NCBI GenBank assembly: GCA_003514305.1
Contig: DORE01000161.1
Coordinates: 7,730 to 52,676, forward strand
DNA: 44,947 bases
DNA from: Gammaproteobacteria bacterium
Lineage (GTDB): Bacteria > Pseudomonadota > Gammaproteobacteria > Pseudomonadales > Pseudohongiellaceae
Reading direction: 5' to 3'
Notes under the pieces: generated by a model
Database searches by the model: none
What the model saw: the letters and a program-made list of their open reading frames with translations, nothing else
What the model was told of the DNA's origin: nothing
Position numbers and translations under genes: made by a program
Shown here: piece by piece, positions 1-9,206 of the stretch
How positions within the stretch are numbered: the first letter of the stretch is position 1
How the letters are laid out: every line of letters begins with the position of its first letter

Positions 1-360
1 AATACCCATATATTCACGACCCATAAATTTCTTTAAGCCCCAGACTCCGAATTTGTCCGCCAACGCATGATCCTTATCTGACAAGAGGGTAAAGTTCAGC
101 CCCTCCTTCTCTTCAAATTTTTTTAAGCGTGCTACCGGATCAGGACTTACACCCAAAGCGACCGACTCGAGCTGCTCAAGCGATCGCAGAGAATCACGTA
201 AGCCGCAAGCCTGTATGGTACAACCAGGCGTTAAAGCCTTGGGATAGAAATAGAGCACGACATGCTTTTCCCCTTGAAAATCCTTCAGGGAAATTTTGTT
301 GCCATTCTGATCTGTTAACGTGAACGCTGGTGCCAGGCTTCCTGGCTTCGGCATACCCAT
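1..360 (-). CDS. bcp: thiol peroxidase Bcp (peroxiredoxin); C-terminal part lies outside the window
   Basis: Absent from the ORF track because it runs off the window edge. Reverse-strand translation from the ATG at 358-360 gives MGMPKPGSLAPAFTLTDQNGNKISLKDFQGEKHVVLYFYPKALTPGCTIQACGLRD...FTLLSDKDHALADKFGVWGLKKFMGREYMGI. This is collinear with E. coli Bcp, including the peroxidatic Cys in the PGCT motif. Confidence 0.9.
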   Translation of the reverse strand, partial: MGMPKPGSLAPAFTLTDQNGNKISLKDFQGEKHVVLYFYPKALTPGCTIQACGLRDSLRSLEQLESVALGVSPDPVARLKKFEEKEGLNFTLLSDKDHALADKFGVWGLKKFMGREYMGI

Positions 361-453
361 GAATGTTTTACCTCTCTTTGTGGACGATAAAGCCTCGGGT
401 GAGATTGGATCGTACGCGCATTATAACGGGCCAAGCCTTGCGCATGGTAATAT

Positions 454-1167
454 GTGTTAATGACAAGCCGACCTCGCTCGATCGTTGTGCTCACCGGCGC
501 AGGTATTTCAGCTGAATCAGGTATAGAGACCTTCCGCGCTGCCGAGGGTCTGTGGGCCAATCATCACGTCGAAGATGTAGCAACGCCGGGAGGTTTTGCG
601 AAAAACCCACAATTGGTGTATGAATTCTATAATCAGCGCAGGCGACAACTGCTATCGTCTGAGATCTCGCCTAACACCGCCCATTCGGCGCTGGCAAAGT
701 TCGAGCATGAATTCGATGGGAAATTTCTCCTGGTCACTCAAAACGTCGACAATCTACATGAGAGGGCTGGCAGCCAGAATCTAATTCACATGCATGGTGA
801 GCTGTTGAAAATGCGTTGTCTCAATTCCAGGCTGGTCTTCGATGTCGGCACAGATTTTGACTACGACACGCACTGCCGCTGCTGTGGCTCAGCCGGAAAT
901 CTGCGCCCGCATGTGGTCTGGTTCGGTGAAATGCCGTTACAAATGAACCGCATCAACACGGCATTGGAAAACTGCGACATGTTCGTCTCCATCGGCACCT
1001 CGGGCAATGTCTATCCCGCGTCCGAATTTTATCAAACCGCAAAAATCAGAAAAGCCAGTACTGTTGAACTTAATCTTGAGCGGACAGGCTCATCGTTTGA
1101 CCAGCACGTCTGTGGGCCGGCTACAGAATCCGTCCCGCAATTTTTCGAGAGCCTGCTCCGCTCTTGA
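454..1167 (+). CDS. cobB: NAD-dependent protein deacylase, Sir2/CobB family
   Basis: 237-aa ORF with Sir2 motifs GAGISAESGIETFR, QNVDNLHERAG, HGEL, VVWFGE and GTSGNVYPA, plus a Cys cluster (RC...CRCC) as in E. coli CobB. FYNQRRR carries the Tyr/Arg pair of CobB/SIRT5-type enzymes. The track start is GTG 454; ATG 460 is equally plausible. Confidence 0.92.
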   Translation: MLMTSRPRSIVVLTGAGISAESGIETFRAAEGLWANHHVEDVATPGGFAKNPQLVYEFYNQRRRQLLSSEISPNTAHSALAKFEHEFDGKFLLVTQNVDNLHERAGSQNLIHMHGELLKMRCLNSRLVFDVGTDFDYDTHCRCCGSAGNLRPHVVWFGEMPLQMNRINTALENCDMFVSIGTSGNVYPASEFYQTAKIRKASTVELNLERTGSSFDQHVCGPATESVPQFFESLLRS

Positions 1168-1197
1168 GCGCAATCCGATGCAATTGGGGTAACAATT

Positions 1198-2352
1198 ATG
1201 CTTATAAAAGTACTCAAACCCTCTGCAACCGTCCTGGTGGTGCTAATCTGCATGGGAGTCGCGGGCTATGTGGCAACGGGTCCCGAGAGACCTGACTCTG
1301 AATCAGCTAGCGCCGCCTGGCTGGAGCCCGGAGCTTATCAGGTCGGCCACGCAGAATTGATCTTCGTCGATGACACCCGGCCTACCGAAGAAAATAGGGG
1401 AGTCGCCGCCAAACCTCAGCGGACCTTGCCGACGACCGTATGGTTCCCAATAGAGCTCGAGGCTGACCTGCCTCTGATCATTCATAGCCATGGTGTTGTC
1501 TCGAATAGAAAGGAGATGGTCTATCTGGCGAAGGCTCTGGCCAGTCATGGCTACCTCGTCGCAGCCACAGACTATCCCCTGACCTCCGGTTCAACCGCAG
1601 GTGGCGCAAACGCAAAAGATGTGGTGAACCAGCCCGCGGACATCAGTTTTCTCATCGATTCTCTCCTCGGATTGCGCGACGAGCATAAGCCTTTCAGTGG
1701 CCGCATTGACGATTCGCGCATCGGGCTGAGCGGATATTCCCTCGGCGGCCTGACAACCTATCTTGCCACCTACCACCCCGCCTGGCGTGATTCACGCATC
1801 GCTGCAGCGCTTGCTATCGCCGGCCCGTCAGCCATTTTTGCGCCTTTGTTTTTTGAGACCACACCCATACCGGTGCTCGCAATCGCCGGCACGTCCGACG
1901 CGCTCATCGAACATGCACGAAATGCAGCTGATCTGGGGGCACGTGCCCGGAACATCTCAGTCATCACCATTGAGGGCGGCACTCATCTTGGCTTCATTGG
2001 CCTTGCCGATCCTGCATTTCGGTTTATGGACAATCCAGACACTCTGGGATGCACCGCAGTGATGGCGGTTCTGGACGAAAATCCGAATGAGCCATTCGAG
2101 ACCATGGGTAATCCCGCTGACGGTATCGACTCTGCGCGTGACCTGCCCGGAATATGCGATTACGGCTATGCGGCAGCCGCACACCCGGGTAGGCAGCAAA
2201 TGATCACGGAAATCGCCACACTCAGTTTCTTTGAATCGGTATTCAGCATGGTTCCGGCGCGACGAGAGCAAGCCAGGAATCAGCTTACAAAGCACCTCGC
2301 GGCTGACTTTTCAGAAGCTTTTTTTAAACCGGCGCTGACACGCGGCCTCTGA
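1198..2352 (+). CDS. alpha/beta hydrolase (PAF-acetylhydrolase / dienelactone-hydrolase-like lipase), N-terminally anchored or secreted
   Basis: 384-aa ORF. It has an N-terminal hydrophobic segment (VLVVLICMGVAGYVA), an IIHSHG motif and the nucleophile elbow GYSLGG. Substrate unknown. Confidence 0.75.
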   Translation: MLIKVLKPSATVLVVLICMGVAGYVATGPERPDSESASAAWLEPGAYQVGHAELIFVDDTRPTEENRGVAAKPQRTLPTTVWFPIELEADLPLIIHSHGVVSNRKEMVYLAKALASHGYLVAATDYPLTSGSTAGGANAKDVVNQPADISFLIDSLLGLRDEHKPFSGRIDDSRIGLSGYSLGGLTTYLATYHPAWRDSRIAAALAIAGPSAIFAPLFFETTPIPVLAIAGTSDALIEHARNAADLGARARNISVITIEGGTHLGFIGLADPAFRFMDNPDTLGCTAVMAVLDENPNEPFETMGNPADGIDSARDLPGICDYGYAAAAHPGRQQMITEIATLSFFESVFSMVPARREQARNQLTKHLAADFSEAFFKPALTRGL

Positions 2353-2353
2353 A

Positions 2354-4726
2354 TCACACAATCAGTGTCAGAGTTTCCGGGAGCAGGCACTGGCTGTCAT
2401 CGCAAAGCTGCAGCACCACAGTCAGACTGACCCTGAATGGCGCTGCGCCGTTACACCGAACACGACGCGCCTGGAGCTTGACGCGCAGCGAATCTCGATA
2501 AATCGCAACAGCCCTTGAACGCACCGTCACGCAGTCTGTTGCCTCTGGAAACAACGAGGAGTCGATTTCCCAGTCAGATTCCTCACTCAGCGAAACCGTC
2601 AAGGGGACAAAGGCACCGGCTTCTTGCTCAGCTGGAGTCTGAGGCGCGGTAATATGCCAAGGACTCAAAATACTGAAATCCACATCGATCTCTACCTTAT
2701 CCTGATTGCCTTTCTCCTGAGCTCGACCAGATTCCGCCCTCGCTGTGATTTCTTTGTGTGCGAATACTCTGACTCGACCGCCTCCGGCGTATTGCAGCAA
2801 CCCTCGCGAGCCCTGCTCTCTGCCGGCGATCAACCTAATCAGAGAGCATTGACTTATCGGGTTCTCATTGATGGCCGCAGCCAAACTTGCCAGGGCTTTG
2901 TCAAAAACCGCCCGAACAGGCATCACCGAGAATACCTCCGGAACGCGGGCGAGTCTTAGATCGATGGCATGCAGACTTTCAAGCATAGCCGCGACTGGCG
3001 ACAGCGTCGCACCATCTGCAGAATTGCTCGATCTGACCAGCTTCGGGCCAGCCTGCTCGCGAGGCGCAAGACAGAACCTTTGATCATTCGTGTCCCAGAA
3101 CTCTTCAATTACCCGGGCCGTCAAAGCACAAGCCTTGCTAAGATATTTCGACTTGTCAGTAACGTCATACAGGCTGATCAGGGCCCCTATCAGATTGCTG
3201 TAGTCCTCAAGCTGTCCCGTAATCGACACCACTCCATGCAGAGAGATGCGTTTTAATTCACCGCTGGCCTGGAGATTGTCGTCCAACATTCGCTGTACCG
3301 ATGACTCGGCTGATGCTAGCCAGCTGACCGCTTCAGCAAACGGCAGAATTTGGCTCGCCCAGACAAGGGTCGTCGCCATTTGAGCACACCAGCTCACAAT
3401 CAGCTTATCGTCTTGCAAAGGATGCTCACGCTGCTCACGAACCTGGTAGAGCCGTATCAGCACTGCGTCCAGATCGCGATAAAAATCTGGCCCATATTCT
3501 CGAGCAGACACCGCCAAAGGGGCGGATAAATTTAGAATATTAACGCCCTCAAAATTTCCTCTCGGAGTCACGCCGAACAACCTAATAGCCAACTCCGCCT
3601 GAGCCGGAGACAAGCATTTTTCAAGCTCGCTCTGACTCCAGGTAAAAAAGGCACCCTCCTCTCCCTCGCTGTCTGCATCAGTGGCTGAGAAATAGCCACC
3701 TTGTTCGATTTGCATATCCCGCAATACGTAATTGCAAGTCTGCCGGGCAACCCGCGCAAAGAAATCATTTCCGGTCAATTGATAAGCTTGGAGATAAATC
3801 AGACCCAGTTGTGCCTGGTTGTAGAGCATTTTTTCGAAGTGGGGAGTCAACCATTCCTCATCCACAGTGTACCGATGAAAACCGCCGCCGACCTGATCAT
3901 AAATTCCTCCGCGACCCATGCCTTCCAGAGCTCGCTCGACAAAGCCCAGCGCCGCCCCCTCATCCCGGCGCATTACTTGGTCCAGCAGAAAGAGCAGAAT
4001 GGGCTCCTGCGGAAATTTCGGCGCGCCGGCCAGCCCCCCCAGACTGCGATCCTCTCGCTGCAGAAGGGCTTTTATCGCGTTTTCCACCACGCCTGTCTGG
4101 AGGGTCTCCTGCGGCTTGCGCTCACATAAGATCTTATTGATCGCCTGGTAGAGACTGTGGGCATTCCTTTCCAGTTCGGCCCGCTGGCTTTGCCAGGCAC
4201 CGCAGACCTGTTCCAGCACCTGTATGAATGAAGGTGCTGGAAAATAGGTAGCCCCGTAAAATGGTCTGCCGTCAGGCAAGAGAAAATTCGACATGGGCCA
4301 TCCCCCATGTCCGGATACCAGCTGCACCCCTGTCATAAAGATTTCATCAAGGCCAGGGAATTGCTCTCGATCCATCTTGATGCTTATGAAATGCTGATTG
4401 AGCAGCTTGGCAACTTCTACATTATCGAAACTTTCCACCTCCATCACATGACACCAGTGACAAGTGGAATAACCGATAGACAGAAAAATCGGCTTGTCTT
4501 CTGCCTCAGCAGCAGCGAACGCCTCATCACCCCAGGGGAACCAGTTCACTGGATTATGCGCGTGCTGCAACAAATAGGGTGAGTCTTCTTGGATCAGCCG
4601 GTTAATGAATATCGCTCGGCCTTCGGCGTCGAGGTGTTCAGTCCGCTTGTCATAGGTGCCCTCCCTCCGCGCTTCAAGCTCACGCAAACGGGGTTCCAGA
4701 GTCGCCGTATCATTTGTCGTAGTCAT
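2354..4726 (-). CDS. thioredoxin-domain protein, YyaL/DUF255 (SPATA20-like) family, with an extra C-terminal module
   Basis: The track ORF 2354..4747 starts at TTG; the in-frame ATG at 4726 (MTTTND...) is preferred. It carries the DUF255 signature [18 protein letters not shown] followed by the long helical region typical of YyaL. About 115 residues lie beyond the usual family end and finish ...[24 protein letters not shown]. Confidence 0.85.
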   Translation of the reverse strand: MTTTNDTATLEPRLRELEARREGTYDKRTEHLDAEGRAIFINRLIQEDSPYLLQHAHNPVNWFPWGDEAFAAAEAEDKPIFLSIGYSTCHWCHVMEVESFDNVEVAKLLNQHFISIKMDREQFPGLDEIFMTGVQLVSGHGGWPMSNFLLPDGRPFYGATYFPAPSFIQVLEQVCGAWQSQRAELERNAHSLYQAINKILCERKPQETLQTGVVENAIKALLQREDRSLGGLAGAPKFPQEPILLFLLDQVMRRDEGAALGFVERALEGMGRGGIYDQVGGGFHRYTVDEEWLTPHFEKMLYNQAQLGLIYLQAYQLTGNDFFARVARQTCNYVLRDMQIEQGGYFSATDADSEGEEGAFFTWSQSELEKCLSPAQAELAIRLFGVTPRGNFEGVNILNLSAPLAVSAREYGPDFYRDLDAVLIRLYQVREQREHPLQDDKLIVSWCAQMATTLVWASQILPFAEAVSWLASAESSVQRMLDDNLQASGELKRISLHGVVSITGQLEDYSNLIGALISLYDVTDKSKYLSKACALTARVIEEFWDTNDQRFCLAPREQAGPKLVRSSNSADGATLSPVAAMLESLHAIDLRLARVPEVFSVMPVRAVFDKALASLAAAINENPISQCSLIRLIAGREQGSRGLLQYAGGGRVRVFAHKEITARAESGRAQEKGNQDKVEIDVDFSILSPWHITAPQTPAEQEAGAFVPLTVSLSEESDWEIDSSLFPEATDCVTVRSRAVAIYRDSLRVKLQARRVRCNGAAPFRVSLTVVLQLCDDSQCLLPETLTLIV

Positions 4727-5326
4727 AATGATTCTGTACTGCCTCAACCGTTAATCAAATTTGCGAGCTGCTCTGAGAAGCTGGGCGACCAGCGCTGTCC
4801 ACTGCAGAACAAATGATCCTAGCTTTCAGAATCGGAAGAGCATCCTGATCAAGCAGGATTGACTTCTCAAACACCAGCGGAGTCGGGAGCGCTGCTTTCG
4901 CGGTGACCTAAAATTCAACGCCCGCCCGGAGCGATTCGCGGTAATCCAGCTCGGCCCAGACCACCAAAATAAGGCTGCCCTGCATCTCACATTCGTAATC
5001 TTTTGCTTTGAGGCTCAGGCAAAAAGACATGACGAAGTTGAGTCTCAGAGCTCACTGGTAGGCTAGCCTGTTTTGGTCCGCCCCGTTAGCCGTGGTTGTG
5101 ATACGGCATAGTTCATCATTTTAGCAAAGCACTTTCTCCATGAAAAATTGCCCGTAGACTGAGAAGGATGGTCAACGTCTGCTCGACAAAGCTCGTGCCG
5201 TTGAAAGCTATCGGAACGGCGCTTGTGCGCGGTCTGTGCGCGCTACGGATCTACAGACCGGTGGATAAAACGAAGAGATTGATGCAGAATCAGTCGCGTC
5301 ATCACTCACGCTCAGTAGGCAACCCT

Positions 5327-6163
5327 ATGAATCCAACTCGCTGTTTGCTCGACATTTTGGCGCTCACTGCTGTTTGCGTGAGCACTCAATCAATCGCTGA
5401 TCATCATGGGGAGGCAGAGGCAACGACCCTCCAGAGTCTTGTCGCCGGCGATCACCGCAGCGCAGACAACATCGCCCGAAACGCCTCGCGCCATCCAGTT
5501 GAAACACTGCAATTTTTTGGCCTACAGGCCGATACCACCGTCATCGAAATCCTGCCCTCCACCGGATGGTACACGGAGATTATCGCTCCCTATGTCCGGG
5601 ACAAGGGTAAGTATTATGCGGCACACTTTTCACCTAATGCCGCGCGGGCCTTTATGCCAAGAATCAGAGGCCTATTCGAGGAAAAAATCTCCAACGATCC
5701 GGAAAACTATGGGCGCATCACCGTCAGGTCACTGAATCCACCGCATGAAGTCATTATTGCCCCCCCGGCAAGCGCCGATATGGCTCTGACCTTCCGTAAC
5801 GTGCATAACTGGATCATGGCTGGACAGGAGCATGAATTCTTCGCGGCTTTTTTCGCTGCGCTGAGGCCCGGCGGCACGCTGGGTGTCGTCGAGCATAGGG
5901 CCAGACCCGATGCCAGCATGGACGTTATGGAAACCACGGGATATGTGACCGAGGCCTACGTCAAAGAGGTGGCTGCAGCGGCAGGGTTTGAGTTTGTTGA
6001 ATCTTCTGAAATAAACGCCAACGCCAAGGATGATACTGATCATCCAGAAGGTGTTTGGAGCCTGCCGCCCACCTACAGAATGGGCGAGGCCAACCGCGCT
6101 GATTTTACCGCGATCGGGGAAAGCGACCGCATGACACTCAAATTCATCAAACCACGAAACTGA
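5327..6163 (+). CDS. exported class I SAM-dependent methyltransferase-like protein (COG4798-type)
   Basis: The ORF is open from 5168, but the ATG at 5327 gives a typical signal peptide (MNPTRCLLDILALTAVCVSTQSIA). The mature part (VIEILPSTGWYTEIIAP...LRPGGTLGVVEHRA...DHPEGVWSLPP) matches my recollection of the signal-peptide-bearing 'predicted methyltransferase' family. ATG 5282 is an alternative start. Confidence 0.7.
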   Translation: MNPTRCLLDILALTAVCVSTQSIADHHGEAEATTLQSLVAGDHRSADNIARNASRHPVETLQFFGLQADTTVIEILPSTGWYTEIIAPYVRDKGKYYAAHFSPNAARAFMPRIRGLFEEKISNDPENYGRITVRSLNPPHEVIIAPPASADMALTFRNVHNWIMAGQEHEFFAAFFAALRPGGTLGVVEHRARPDASMDVMETTGYVTEAYVKEVAAAAGFEFVESSEINANAKDDTDHPEGVWSLPPTYRMGEANRADFTAIGESDRMTLKFIKPRN

Positions 6164-6285
6164 TCCAAACTCAGGACGTTGCTTTGGACCGACAGAAAGC
6201 CGCCGCTGAAGCACTTTCCTAAAGCCGCGTCCTCAGGGCACTAGCCCCTTTCTCCCCTAAAGTGGTGAGCACGGTCTGGACAGAC

Positions 6286-6639
6286 CTAGCCTCGCCCATG
6301 AGCGATAATGATGTCATGCGCTGCAATGCACGCAGAAGTCGGTTTGAGCAGCACCTCGTTTAGACACTCGGCAGACCGATAGATTTTGCCCTGTCCTCCC
6401 CGAAAGAAGCCCTGGCAACGCGAGCCGCGCTGGGCGGTTTATTGGTGGGAATTTACAGTTTAAGTGTCGCCATCAGCGAACAGTCGGTGTTTCGTTACTA
6501 TCAGGTCACGCGGCGTCTCACATTCCTCGCGAGTGGCGATTTCGCCAATCAGGTTAAGGCATACAAAACCGAGGGTTCAACCGGCACCTGCCATTGCAAA
6601 GGTCTTGAACCTTTAGGCCGAGCCATGCGCCGCCGTCAT
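6286..6639 (-). pseudogene. decayed ArsC/Spx/YffB-family (arsenate-reductase-like) gene remnant
   Basis: The 118-codon minus-strand frame from ATG 6639 to TAG 6286 has four internal stops. Two of them lie in codons 9-27, which read better in the +1 frame, implying two compensating frameshifts. The other two are TAA at 6460-6462 and 6439-6441. Stitched reading: MTAAHGSA/KGSRPLQWQVPVEPSVLYAL/LIGEIATREECETPRDLIVTKHRLFADGDT*TVNSHQ*...RGGQGKIYRSAECLNEVL. By eye this parallels ArsC (..IYHNPxCxxSRxxLxxL...EPxxxLYLexP...eL......PRdLLRtK...y..L...RPIv...g.arIGRPpExVLeiL). Length matches the family. The catalytic Cys codon appears destroyed. Confidence 0.33.
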
Positions 6640-6666
6640 GGCACTCGAGAACGCCAGTGAGGCAGA

Positions 6667-8883
6667 CTAGTTTACTGATCTGATCTCGAATTCAAGATGC
6701 TCGAATGCCAACCATGCGTCCTGATTCAAAAGTTCCTCGCCGACAGAAACAGCAACCGCATACAGCTGATAGACACCAGTCGGCACACTGCTGTCGAGCA
6801 CGGTATCAACAAGCCTGACACTGAACCCTTCGCGCAAATCGACATTCTCCACCAGCGGTACTAGTGCACCGGGCAACAGCTTGTTTTCAGGCGACGCAAA
6901 AGACGCCAGTGCGCCGTCTGGAAGCGCGATCACAACATAAAAATCGGCAGACTGACTGCCCGCGCTATGCACGTTCAAAGACAAGTGCTCGCCCGGTTGA
7001 AAATCCTGTTGATTCAGGACCAGCTCAGCGGTCGCATCGGCCTCGACTGCTATGGGCCTCTCACAAACACCCGGCCCGCCCTCCGGGACTGCCTCCAGAC
7101 TGTTCAGGAAAGCCAGCAAGTCGGTCAATTCTGCAGCAGTCAGACTGGAAGTCGTGCCGTGCAGGTCACTGGTATTCATGGCCGAAAACATGATTTCTAG
7201 AGATGCCGCAGACCCGTCATGGAAGTAGGGAGCAGTCCGATTGACACCACGAAGTGAAGGCGTATTGAACAGCAACCCTTTGCGCTCAAGGAGGCCCTTT
7301 CCGGTATTCACATAATGTCGGAGCCCATCGGTGTAAGTTGGTGGGATATGGCATCGGGCACAGCCGACTGCCTCAGAGCTGAACAGCATCTGACCCTGCA
7401 ACGCGGATGCTGACATTGAAATATTTGCCTGCTCAAACTGCAGGCTCGCCAGATACAGCGCCAGATCATCGAGGTCCTGAGAACGCCCCTGATTCGCCGG
7501 CGCCTGATCACAGGCCGGTTCACAGTTGCTTGAGCCGGAAGTGAGTCCGATTCCAGCCTGAATGACGCGCACAGCGAGTTCAACGTCATGCAACTCGTCA
7601 AGATCACCACTCCAGTGAAACGGCGGCGTGTCCGCCACTCCCAGCAAACTTGGCGAATTTCGGGGGCCATCTGCAAAAAACCAGGTTCGCCCATCGTGTT
7701 CACCATCAAAATGACAGGTCGCACAGGCAATCCAGTTATCCCGAGCCAGTTCTGGTCGGCTGGAATCATTGAAGAGCCTCTTGCCATTCAGTAAAGACTG
7801 AGACAGTGGGATGGCCGTGCTTTGCACTTCGTCAGCGATCTGCAGCGTCCCGGCGTCAATGACAGAAAGCGTGCCGGACAGGGTATTGTTGACGAATATC
7901 CGATTGCTGACCGGATCAAAGGCTAGCCCCCGAGGATTTGCCCCCACTTTAATGTTGGCCAAGCCTCTGGAAGTTGCCAGATCGATGACAGACACGTCAT
8001 TGCTCGCGCTGTTCGCTACAAACAATCTGTCGCTGGAGTCCATCACCGCGTCGAGTGGTATGCCAACCGGCTGATCTACAACATCCAGAGCCAGTCGACT
8101 GGCTCTCATTTCAGTTCTACTCGACAAATCGAGAGACGTCACCACGGGAAAAACAGTGGTATCAAAAAGCAGCGACTGGTTAGCGTTGTTGGAAAATGTT
8201 TGTGGCAAATACGCCCTGTGCCGGGCGTCGTCCAGAACCAGCGATTGGGAGATATTTGCACTTGAATTGACGTTAACCTTATCTGTTACCAGCATGCGTT
8301 CAGTATCAATAATACTCACGTCGCCGGTAAAAAAATGCGTCACGTAGAGAAGCCCGGACTCGGCGTCTAGACGAAGACCTCTGGGGTCAGAATCAACGTC
8401 GATCGTGAGAAGCGGCAGAAAACTGGACAGATGGATGACCGACACAGAATCCGATTTCTGATTAGCTACATAGATATAGCTGGCGTCACTGACCACGCCG
8501 AACGGCGCAGCGCCGACCGGTACGCAGCCCGCCAGCGAATCCGATTCCAAAGCAATTACTTCCAGCGTATTGGACTGCCTGCTGGTGACAAAGGCCGTTT
8601 TACTGCTGCTGTCAATCGATATTGTCTGTGGAATCCCCGGGATGGAAACTTCCGCTCGTTTGCGGATTCCACTCCGAATATCGAATATGGAAACGGAGTG
8701 CGAGTCCGGATTCACGGCAAGTAATTCAGCAGCGGCGTCCGACAGCGCCAGAGAGCCACTTTGTGCCAGAGCAACACCACGGTGTAGAAACAACACCGCA
8801 AGAATAAACGATACCCGGACAGATATTCCGAGAGATACGCTGAATTTATTGTACTGACCGTCAAACAGCTCGAACAACACCAT
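6667..8883 (-). CDS. secreted YVTN-type beta-propeller fused to a di-haem cytochrome c peroxidase (CCP/MauG-family) domain plus a C-terminal extension
   Basis: 738-aa ORF with an N-terminal hydrophobic signal (VSFILAVLFLHRGVALAQS). The first ~370 aa contain repeated '..A.VTS..SNTLEVI / YVAN..SDSVSVI / YVTHFFTGDVSII / FVANSASNDVSVI / FVNNTLSGTLSVI' propeller blades. Two CxxCH haem motifs follow (CATCHFDGEHDGRTW and CARCHIPP), then the CCP hallmark TPSLRGVNRTAPYFHDGSAASL. About 130 further residues have no recognised motif. Confidence 0.8.
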   Translation of the reverse strand: MVLFELFDGQYNKFSVSLGISVRVSFILAVLFLHRGVALAQSGSLALSDAAAELLAVNPDSHSVSIFDIRSGIRKRAEVSIPGIPQTISIDSSSKTAFVTSRQSNTLEVIALESDSLAGCVPVGAAPFGVVSDASYIYVANQKSDSVSVIHLSSFLPLLTIDVDSDPRGLRLDAESGLLYVTHFFTGDVSIIDTERMLVTDKVNVNSSANISQSLVLDDARHRAYLPQTFSNNANQSLLFDTTVFPVVTSLDLSSRTEMRASRLALDVVDQPVGIPLDAVMDSSDRLFVANSASNDVSVIDLATSRGLANIKVGANPRGLAFDPVSNRIFVNNTLSGTLSVIDAGTLQIADEVQSTAIPLSQSLLNGKRLFNDSSRPELARDNWIACATCHFDGEHDGRTWFFADGPRNSPSLLGVADTPPFHWSGDLDELHDVELAVRVIQAGIGLTSGSSNCEPACDQAPANQGRSQDLDDLALYLASLQFEQANISMSASALQGQMLFSSEAVGCARCHIPPTYTDGLRHYVNTGKGLLERKGLLFNTPSLRGVNRTAPYFHDGSAASLEIMFSAMNTSDLHGTTSSLTAAELTDLLAFLNSLEAVPEGGPGVCERPIAVEADATAELVLNQQDFQPGEHLSLNVHSAGSQSADFYVVIALPDGALASFASPENKLLPGALVPLVENVDLREGFSVRLVDTVLDSSVPTGVYQLYAVAVSVGEELLNQDAWLAFEHLEFEIRSVN

Positions 8884-9161
8884 TGCTGCTAAATTCTATT
8901 GAAAGAGGATGACTTTCTAACCGCCATTCTAGAGCATAAGACCGAAAAGAATAAGACACAGCCCATAATTGGACCAGGAGCTTTCTTAGTCCCTTTAGTG
9001 CGGACAATGCATAGGGAGGGGTCAAGCAATCCTCCGTTATATTGCCTTGGGAATAGTTTCCGAACTCCGCCGCACTTCGCCAGCCCAACCGGGAATGGGT
9101 TATCATGTCACACACCGTGTCAGTCAGCATCACTCTGGCTAAACGCAACCGTCGTTGAATA

Positions 9162-9180
9162 ACGTCATTTATTATGACGT
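9162..9180. promoter_or_regulatory. perfect 7-bp inverted repeat upstream of the HCCA-isomerase-like gene (candidate operator)
   Basis: ACGTCAT-TTATT-ATGACGT lies 27 nt upstream of ATG 9207. The sequence is seen directly; function is inferred. Confidence 0.15.
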
Positions 9181-9206
9181 GGGAAAGCTGCAGGAGGCAC
9201 TGCGCC

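Noticed and set aside
5168-5326. Long N-terminal extensions offered by the ORF track, here and at 9174, 10438, 12890, 15788, 19286, 20162, 28215, 30107, 34225, 36428, 39018, 40025, 41391 and 42434
   Set aside because: In each case an internal ATG reproduces the canonical family N-terminus or a clean signal peptide. The extension is often an alternative-codon start that overlaps a neighbouring gene or a promoter region.
6442-6660. 72-aa plus-strand ORF in the methyltransferase/propeller gap
   Set aside because: It has an alternative start codon, no recognisable motif, and lies antisense to the ArsC-like relic. It is most likely spurious.
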